From NCBI GenBank assembly GCA_038874655.1, contig JAVZBY010000003.1:41808-105807 (forward strand): a stretch of 64,000 nucleotides of DNA, given 5' to 3'. The position numbers and the translations under genes were made by a program. The stretch is from Candidatus Woesearchaeota archaeon. Lineage in GTDB: Archaea; Nanobdellota; Nanobdellia; Woesearchaeales; GW2011-AR15. This document shows positions 57,776 through 64,000 of this stretch, one piece after another. Positions within the stretch are counted from its first letter, which is position 1; each line of letters begins with the position of its first letter. The notes beneath the pieces are model-generated. The model was not told where the DNA came from. It was given only the letters and a program-made list of their open reading frames with translations, and did no database searches.

Positions 57776-59713
57776 TTAACCACCCATAAAAATAACTTTT
57801 TCACAACCTTCTTTAACATCTTTATTTAAAGGTGTACATATTTCACATAAAGAAGTTTCTTTTTCATCTGTCCAATCAACTAGTTGTGGTTTTCCATTAA
57901 CTAAATCACATTTCTTTTTAATTTTACAAAAAGCACTTCCTAGCATTTCATAATTGCATAAGCACTCTTCTTCATTAACCATTTCATCTGAAGTCATATA
58001 AACACCATTACTTAATTTACATTTTCTACAAGAAAACAAACCCTCTTCATAAACAAACTTAGCAGTTTCATTATCATTACAAACATTATTTATAGTGTAA
58101 TTTTCAATTCCAATACCATTAAATTTTATTCTGACACCACAATTAGCACAAAAACCTTCATCTGGTTCTTTAACATTTATAGAATTTATAATAACACCAA
58201 AATTATTATCCTTCATTAAATTATAATTTAAATTACATTTAGAACTATTCTCAAGACCATTATAAATAGAAACTATTTCAACCTCTTTATCTTCAAAAAT
58301 ACATGCATTTCCATTATCCATAAAATTCAATTGTAAAATAAAACCATCGTTATTTCCATCTTCAACTTTTCCACCTATACACTTTTTATTATTATAACCT
58401 ATTATTTTTTTTCTAACCTTTTCATACAAACTAGAATCTTGTGGACAAATGCTTTGTTCTTTATAATTAAATATATAATATTCTTTAGCCCAGCATTCTT
58501 GCTGACTTAAAGGTTTATCTAAGCATGATTCTGGAATTCCATCATTATTATTATCTGTACAACAGCAATAAACATTAACTAATGCTTCTTCTTCACAAAA
58601 ATCTGTGCCATCAAAAAAATATTTTTCTTTATCTAAAACCTGTTTATTTAGTTCTATTTTTGCATCATCATTTTTTAAAATTTTTAAAAACTCTTCTCTT
58701 GTAGGGCTAATTGTTTCATCATCATTTATTAACCAAAATGGCTCTTTTTTATTTTCAATAACCTCATTTCTACAAAAACCTAAAATAAAATCATTATATC
58801 TTTTAACAAAATCTTCTTCTTTTTCATTATCTTTTTTAACTAAATTATAACCATATTTCTGTTGAAATAATGCTGGAACATCAATAATATTATTATTAGA
58901 TTTTTCATTACAACCCAAAACAATAGCAAATTTTGTAAAATGATTAACTTTTGTTATTAATTTATTATCTTTTAATTCCGATTTTAATCCTTTCCAGATC
59001 TTAGATTTTTCATCCCAATATGCTATTGTTGCTTGACTTAAATCAAAAAAGTCATTATTAGGCAAATCTAGCTCTAAATCCAAAGGTTGGTTAAAACTTA
59101 AACCATCTGGCAAGAATTCATAAACATTGCTTACAACAATATCATTTTTTAAATTATCAAAATTTTTATCAACAACCTTTACAGATAAGATATCATTTAT
59201 TCCAGAATTTTTCTTTATGAATAATCTAGCTTGTTTATCTGCTGAAAAAATAATTCCTTCATAATTATTATTTATTTTATAGCTGTTAGTTAAAGGAACA
59301 TTAATAAAAAATGAATCAATTTTATAATTTTCATTATCTTTAGTTATCTGAATATAATAATCAACATTTACAAAAAATGAATCTTCGCTAATTTCGATAT
59401 TTATTTTAGGTTCTGAATTTATTACATTATATCCTTTATTTATATAATATGAAAATAGGTCATTACCACAATTTCTAATTTTTGTATTCAAATATAAACT
59501 ATTCTTATTATAATTTAAACCATTTTCCTTAATAGATTCATATACTTTTGTTTCAACACAACTCTTTAATTCTGTTAAAATATTATTTTTAAAAGAAACT
59601 TCTGTTTTTTGAAAATATGGTTTTCTATTAAAAGATAAAAATATAACTGCTGATATAATCACAATTAATCCAATAATAAAAAAAATTGTTATTTGTGTTT
59701 TATTTTTCATCAT
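57776..59713 (-). CDS. Class III signal peptide surface protein with ZU5-like HFT domain
   Basis: KNKTQ/ITIFFIIG leader, YEFLPDGLSF..P, IAYWDE..W and NHFTKFAI. Same architecture as 34897-38022. Confidence 0.75.
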   Translation of the reverse strand: MMKNKTQITIFFIIGLIVIISAVIFLSFNRKPYFQKTEVSFKNNILTELKSCVETKVYESIKENGLNYNKNSLYLNTKIRNCGNDLFSYYINKGYNVINSEPKINIEISEDSFFVNVDYYIQITKDNENYKIDSFFINVPLTNSYKINNNYEGIIFSADKQARLFIKKNSGINDILSVKVVDKNFDNLKNDIVVSNVYEFLPDGLSFNQPLDLELDLPNNDFFDLSQATIAYWDEKSKIWKGLKSELKDNKLITKVNHFTKFAIVLGCNEKSNNNIIDVPALFQQKYGYNLVKKDNEKEEDFVKRYNDFILGFCRNEVIENKKEPFWLINDDETISPTREEFLKILKNDDAKIELNKQVLDKEKYFFDGTDFCEEEALVNVYCCCTDNNNDGIPESCLDKPLSQQECWAKEYYIFNYKEQSICPQDSSLYEKVRKKIIGYNNKKCIGGKVEDGNNDGFILQLNFMDNGNACIFEDKEVEIVSIYNGLENSSKCNLNYNLMKDNNFGVIINSINVKEPDEGFCANCGVRIKFNGIGIENYTINNVCNDNETAKFVYEEGLFSCRKCKLSNGVYMTSDEMVNEEECLCNYEMLGSAFCKIKKKCDLVNGKPQLVDWTDEKETSLCEICTPLNKDVKEGCEKVIFMGG

Positions 59714-59806
59714 CTACGATAAATAAAAAAAAAACATTTAAAAATTTTATTGTTAATAAAAAAACAAAAATAAACTAACGAAAAAAAATATTATTGATAA
59801 AAAACA

Positions 59807-60397
59807 TTAAATTAAAAAAACCTCATTTTTAGAGAATCTATATTTTTTTCTTGGTTTATCATCTGCATAACCAATTGGCAATAAAACACTAGGCACTAAA
59901 TTATCTGGTAATTTTAAAACTTCTTTAAATTTATCTGGCATAAATCCTTCCATAGGACATGAATCAAAACCTAGTGATTTTGCTCCTAACATTGCAAAAC
60001 CTAATGCAATATAAACTTGCCTTTGCGCCCAGCTTAATTTTTGTTCTTCATTCATTTGAGAAACAAAACCTCTCATCATATTAACATACTCTGTTGCATT
60101 AGGAAATGCCTTCGCTAACTTATCTATGTTTTTTTCTATATCCTTATTTGCGCAAAAAACTAGTAAATGACTACAAGTTATTATTTGAGGTTGATTAAAC
60201 CCAAATTGCAATAATTTTTCTTTTGTTTCTTTATCCTTTACAACCTTTATTACCCAAGGTTGTATATTAAAAGAAGATGGACTATATCTTATAATCTCAA
60301 ACAATTCTTTTACTTTTGATTCAGGAATCTTTTTTCCATTAAACTTTTTTGTTGCATATCTACTTAAAACAATATCTTTAAAATTCATATTAATCAC
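59807..60397 (-). CDS. Nitroreductase family (NfsB-like) flavoprotein
   Basis: RYATKKF, SPSSFNIQPW, NQPQI, GFDSCPMEGF and K.R motifs. Confidence 0.92.
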   Translation of the reverse strand: MINMNFKDIVLSRYATKKFNGKKIPESKVKELFEIIRYSPSSFNIQPWVIKVVKDKETKEKLLQFGFNQPQIITCSHLLVFCANKDIEKNIDKLAKAFPNATEYVNMMRGFVSQMNEEQKLSWAQRQVYIALGFAMLGAKSLGFDSCPMEGFMPDKFKEVLKLPDNLVPSVLLPIGYADDKPRKKYRFSKNEVFLI

Positions 60398-60525
60398 CTA
60401 TTTTCTAAAATAATAGGTTATTTAAAAAAATTATATTTAACTAAATAAATTAAAAGTTTTCAAAAAAAATAACTTTTATAAAAATTTAAAAAAGAAAAAG
60501 TTTAAAATTAGTATAAAAAAGATTT

Positions 60526-61014
60526 TTATTCCAAATACCCTATAAATGTTTGCTCAAATAAAATTTCGTTTTTACTTGTTCCGTGTTTTTTTGTAAATCC
60601 TTCTTGAAATTGATCTGCTGTTCCACAATATTTTAATATTGCATCAACTCCACCTGGGTGTTTTCCTAAATACTGTGTTACATCATAAACCTTTTTATCA
60701 TATGCAACCCAACAGTCATTTCTTGAGTTATGCTTAGATAATTCACTTAAAGAAATTTTTTCATTATTCCTATTTTCTTGAATATTGTTTTCTTGATTAT
60801 TTTCTTGAACATTATTGTTTTCTTGAATATCATTATTTTTATCATTATTATTTGTATATTCTATAATTTGTTGTTGGTTTTCTTCATTAGAATTTGTTTC
60901 TATTTTTTTAGCATCTTTCTCTTCATTTATAATTGATTTTTCTTGAACATTTACACATGCACTAACAAATAAAACTAATACTAAAAGTAAAAAATATTTA
61001 TTCATTAACATCAC
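60526..61014 (-). CDS. Putative lipoprotein with cytochrome b5-like heme-binding domain
   Basis: LFVSAC lipobox, N/Q/E-rich linker, ELSKHNSRNDCWV..KVYDVT..HPGG..CGT and a second His in KKHG. Confidence 0.85.
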   Translation of the reverse strand: MMLMNKYFLLLVLVLFVSACVNVQEKSIINEEKDAKKIETNSNEENQQQIIEYTNNNDKNNDIQENNNVQENNQENNIQENRNNEKISLSELSKHNSRNDCWVAYDKKVYDVTQYLGKHPGGVDAILKYCGTADQFQEGFTKKHGTSKNEILFEQTFIGYLE

Positions 61015-61062
61015 CCTACAAAAAGAAAAAAAACAAGTATTATAAAACTTTTGTTTAATTAT

Positions 61063-62730
61063 TCATAATTCATCAAATAACTTAATTGCTTTATCTTTTA
61101 TTACTAATAAGAAAGGTGCCAATTTTGGGCCTTTTTCTTTGCCTAATAAAACCAAATATGCAGCTTTAAATAATTCTTGTGGCTCAATATTTACCTCATC
61201 TCTTGCAATAGTATAAAATTCATTAAATAAAGTTTGTTCTGTCCATTTGCCATGCTTTAATCTTTGAGCAATTAACTTTAAAGCTTGTTTTTGCTTATCT
61301 GTTAATTTTTCTTTATTCTCATCTAAAAGTTTCTCTTGCAATTTGAATTTATATTGTTCATCTGCAAATTCATTTACCCATTTTCTTGCAAACTTTAGCC
61401 TATCTTTTACATAATTAATTTCTTCTTTTGTCGCATCTTCATATATATGGCCAGATTCCTTTAATTTTTCAATAATGAGATCATCATTTTCAAATAATTG
61501 AACCATAACAGATGCATGTATCAAAGATATTTGTGGTGGACATCTTTCTGGAATTTTTCCAACATGACTTAACTCATAAATTCTTTTTTGTTTTATTGCT
61601 TCTTTTTCATCTACTTTTTCTAAACCAAAATATATTCTTTCTGCTTTATCATATCTCTCATATAAAAGTATTAAATCATTAGTTCCATATGGATCAAAAT
61701 CTATAACTGCATTAGGCCTAGTTCTTATTAACAAATATCTTAACATTTTAGCAGGTGCAAAATTAATGCTCTCTGCAAAACCAATTCCTCTTCCTTTAGA
61801 AGTGGACATCTTTTTTCCACCTACTGTAAAGAACTCATAACCAGGACCTTCATTATAGCCATTGCTTGGATATGGCGGTGGGTAATTAAAAACATCAACA
61901 GATATTCTACAAGCAGCTGTTCTTGAACCACCTTTAGTAAAATGATCTTTTCCTGCTGTTTCAACTATAACTCCTTTAGATGGCCATTTTGCTGCCCATT
62001 CAACTTTCCATGGAAATTTACCATTTCCATTATAGGGGCTAATCCACCCTTTATAGCCACAGCCTGATGCCCAAGCCACAACACCATCTTTGCATTCAAA
62101 ATAAAGCAATTCTTTTTTAGAATTCCATTCTAATGCAATTGTAGTTGCTATTTTTCCACAATTTGGACATCTAACATTAAAAGGTAATTTATTTGCTGCT
62201 GCAACTTCTTCACCATATAAATCTGCAAAAATCTTTTGAATTTTTTCTGCATTATCCAATGCAATTTTTATTGTTCTATTAAAAGTGCCTTTTTCATATT
62301 CTTGGCCTGTGCTTTCTAATTCTGCCTCAATTCCAAAATCTGGAAACAAATTTGTGCATTGTTTAAAATAATAGTCCCCATAACTCTCATATCCCTGCAT
62401 TGGACTTGGAATATATCTAAATGGAATACCCATATATTTTTCATATTCTTTTTTATCCAAATAAGAGGGAATTTTATCCATAGGATCCATATCATCTGAA
62501 CTTAATACAAATCTAGCATTTTTTCCCTTGCTTCTTAATGCTTTTGCAATAGCATCATGGATAATCCAACCTCTTCCAGAACCAATATGAATTATTCCTG
62601 AAGGTGTTTTTTCATCATAAACAAAATAGCCATTTTTATCTACTAATTTTTTCAACTCGGGATTATTTTCAACCCTTTCAATAACTTCATCTGCAATTTG
62701 GTCTGCCCAGTGTTTTACATCTTCGCTCAT
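61063..62730 (-). CDS. lysS: Class I lysyl-tRNA synthetase
   Basis: HWAD, TPSGIIHIG, DDMD, W.VEWAAKW, GKDH, KMSTSKG and GPKL motifs. Confidence 0.96.
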   Translation of the reverse strand: MSEDVKHWADQIADEVIERVENNPELKKLVDKNGYFVYDEKTPSGIIHIGSGRGWIIHDAIAKALRSKGKNARFVLSSDDMDPMDKIPSYLDKKEYEKYMGIPFRYIPSPMQGYESYGDYYFKQCTNLFPDFGIEAELESTGQEYEKGTFNRTIKIALDNAEKIQKIFADLYGEEVAAANKLPFNVRCPNCGKIATTIALEWNSKKELLYFECKDGVVAWASGCGYKGWISPYNGNGKFPWKVEWAAKWPSKGVIVETAGKDHFTKGGSRTAACRISVDVFNYPPPYPSNGYNEGPGYEFFTVGGKKMSTSKGRGIGFAESINFAPAKMLRYLLIRTRPNAVIDFDPYGTNDLILLYERYDKAERIYFGLEKVDEKEAIKQKRIYELSHVGKIPERCPPQISLIHASVMVQLFENDDLIIEKLKESGHIYEDATKEEINYVKDRLKFARKWVNEFADEQYKFKLQEKLLDENKEKLTDKQKQALKLIAQRLKHGKWTEQTLFNEFYTIARDEVNIEPQELFKAAYLVLLGKEKGPKLAPFLLVIKDKAIKLFDEL

Positions 62731-62810
62731 AAGAAAATGAAATAATGCAATAATTATAAATATAACTATTAGCTATTAAAAAATTTATATAAAAAGCAAA
62801 AAAACAAAAA

Positions 62811-63281
62811 ATGACACTAATCTTATCTTATGCAGTAAAACCCTCAAAAAAAATAAGAAATATATCTAACTTAGAGACTTTTATTGAAAATTACAAAAAA
62901 AGTATAGAAAGATTAAAAGATACTAATTTAGAAGTTATCCTTTCAGAAAATCATAATCAAAATATTGATACTATGTTCCTTTTTATTAATTATGCTCAAA
63001 AAAAAAGATTTTTTTGCAGATATCTTGGTTTGGGTTATACCATATATACTGAAAATGACTTAAAGCAAATATTAGACTTTTTAAAAATAAGAAATCCTTT
63101 GTGGAATCCTGAAATCAAATTAGACATTAATATAAGAGAAATAGAAAATGATCTTAATAAAAAGTTAAAAAAACCTTTTTATTATAAAATTAATCAAGGC
63201 TCTATTTTAATCCCTAGCCAAACTGCATTAAACTTTTATTTAGATTATTTATATTATAGAAGTTTAGAAATTCCTCAATAA
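62811..63281 (+). CDS. Hypothetical protein
   Basis: 156-aa ORF filling the gap, TTTATATA box upstream. No motif recognised. Confidence 0.55.
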   Translation: MTLILSYAVKPSKKIRNISNLETFIENYKKSIERLKDTNLEVILSENHNQNIDTMFLFINYAQKKRFFCRYLGLGYTIYTENDLKQILDFLKIRNPLWNPEIKLDINIREIENDLNKKLKKPFYYKINQGSILIPSQTALNFYLDYLYYRSLEIPQ

Positions 63282-63343
63282 ATTTAATTATAAGGTTATT
63301 TGAGAAAATGAATTTTAAAAAAAAATTAACTAAAAAGATTATT

Positions 63344-64000
63344 TCAATTAATAACCTTTTCAATAATACTAACTGCCTCATCAACATTTTCTTTACTAAA
63401 AATTATAGGTGGTAATAATCTCAAAATATTAGACAATGTTGGAATTACAATTAATCCATTATCCTGCAGTTTCTTTGTGTATTCTGTATTTTTTGTTTTT
63501 AATTCGATTGCTATCATCAATCCCTTTCCTCTAACTTCTCTTATTACAGATTTATTTAAATTTTTTAATTTATCCAAAAAATAATTTCCTACCTCTTCAG
63601 CATTTTTTAATAAATTATTTTTTTCAATATAATCTAAAACAGCAATTCCTGCTGCGCTTATCAATGGATTTCCGCCAAAGGTATTTGTATGACAACCTGG
63701 ATATAATTTTTCAGAAACTTTATTATTAATTAAAACAGCACCAGCAGGCAAGCCTCCTGAAATGCCTTTTGCCAAACACATTATATCTGGTTTAATTCCA
63801 AAATGCTCAATAGCAAATAATTTTCCTGTTCTTCCAAAACCTGTTTGAATCTCATCTACAATTAATAAAATATTTTTTTCATCGCAAATTTTCCTAACTT
63901 CTTTAAAGAAAGTATCACTTGGCAATCTAATTCCTCCTTCTCCTTGTATTGGCTCCAATATTATTGCTGCAGTTTCCTCAGAAATAATTGATTTTAAACT
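63344..64000 (-). CDS. Class III PLP aminotransferase (ArgD/LysJ-like), 5' end outside the window
   Basis: EPIQGEGG, DEIQTGFGRTG, PD...AKG.SGG, TFGGNP, RGKGLM and RLLPP motifs. Frame is open to the window end. Confidence 0.9.
   Translation of the reverse strand, partial: SLKSIISEETAAIILEPIQGEGGIRLPSDTFFKEVRKICDEKNILLIVDEIQTGFGRTGKLFAIEHFGIKPDIMCLAKGISGGLPAGAVLINNKVSEKLYPGCHTNTFGGNPLISAAGIAVLDYIEKNNLLKNAEEVGNYFLDKLKNLNKSVIREVRGKGLMIAIELKTKNTEYTKKLQDNGLIVIPTLSNILRLLPPIIFSKENVDEAVSIIEKVIN

Noticed and set aside
452-58850. Short nested or antisense ORFs in the track (e.g. 452, 4609, 6392, 9464, 18956, 21823, 22476, 37532, 48072, 54158, 58605)
   Set aside because: They lie within or opposite well-supported genes, have no motifs, and show the I/F/L/S-rich composition typical of shadow frames.

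Overview
This is a very AT-rich archaeal chromosome segment. The class I CCA enzyme, class I LysRS, aIF-5A, L40e, Trm11, an Alu-containing SRP RNA and many KKxQ-IxxFIIIG class III signal peptides point to a DPANN archaeon, most likely Woesearchaeota (inferred from gene content, no database search). Housekeeping genes are interspersed with many large, Cys-rich or N-glycosylation-rich surface proteins. The most notable element is a 12.7 kb minus-strand cluster (19563-32260) that looks like an archaeal analogue of a WxL/Csu-type donor-strand surface fibre. It has an HTH regulator behind three copies of a TACTTACAWTGTAAGTA palindrome, a 2485-aa LamG/beta-propeller adhesin whose C-terminal domain is homologous to two tandem small pilin-like subunits, two membrane-anchored chaperone-like proteins and two small accessory subunits. 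Other highlights are an SRP RNA that keeps the Alu domain but lacks helix 6, HFS/HFT/HLS candidate autoproteolysis motifs, a recurrent TG-x-(V/A/L) motif together with a SipW-like peptidase, and a tandem-repeat basic protein with a 5' leader hairpin. Several genes missing from the ORF track were found (an RHH protein, L40e, a 4-Cys microprotein and a partial pilin-like gene). No CRISPR array, integrase or transposase was seen. All domain calls come from reading motifs by eye.
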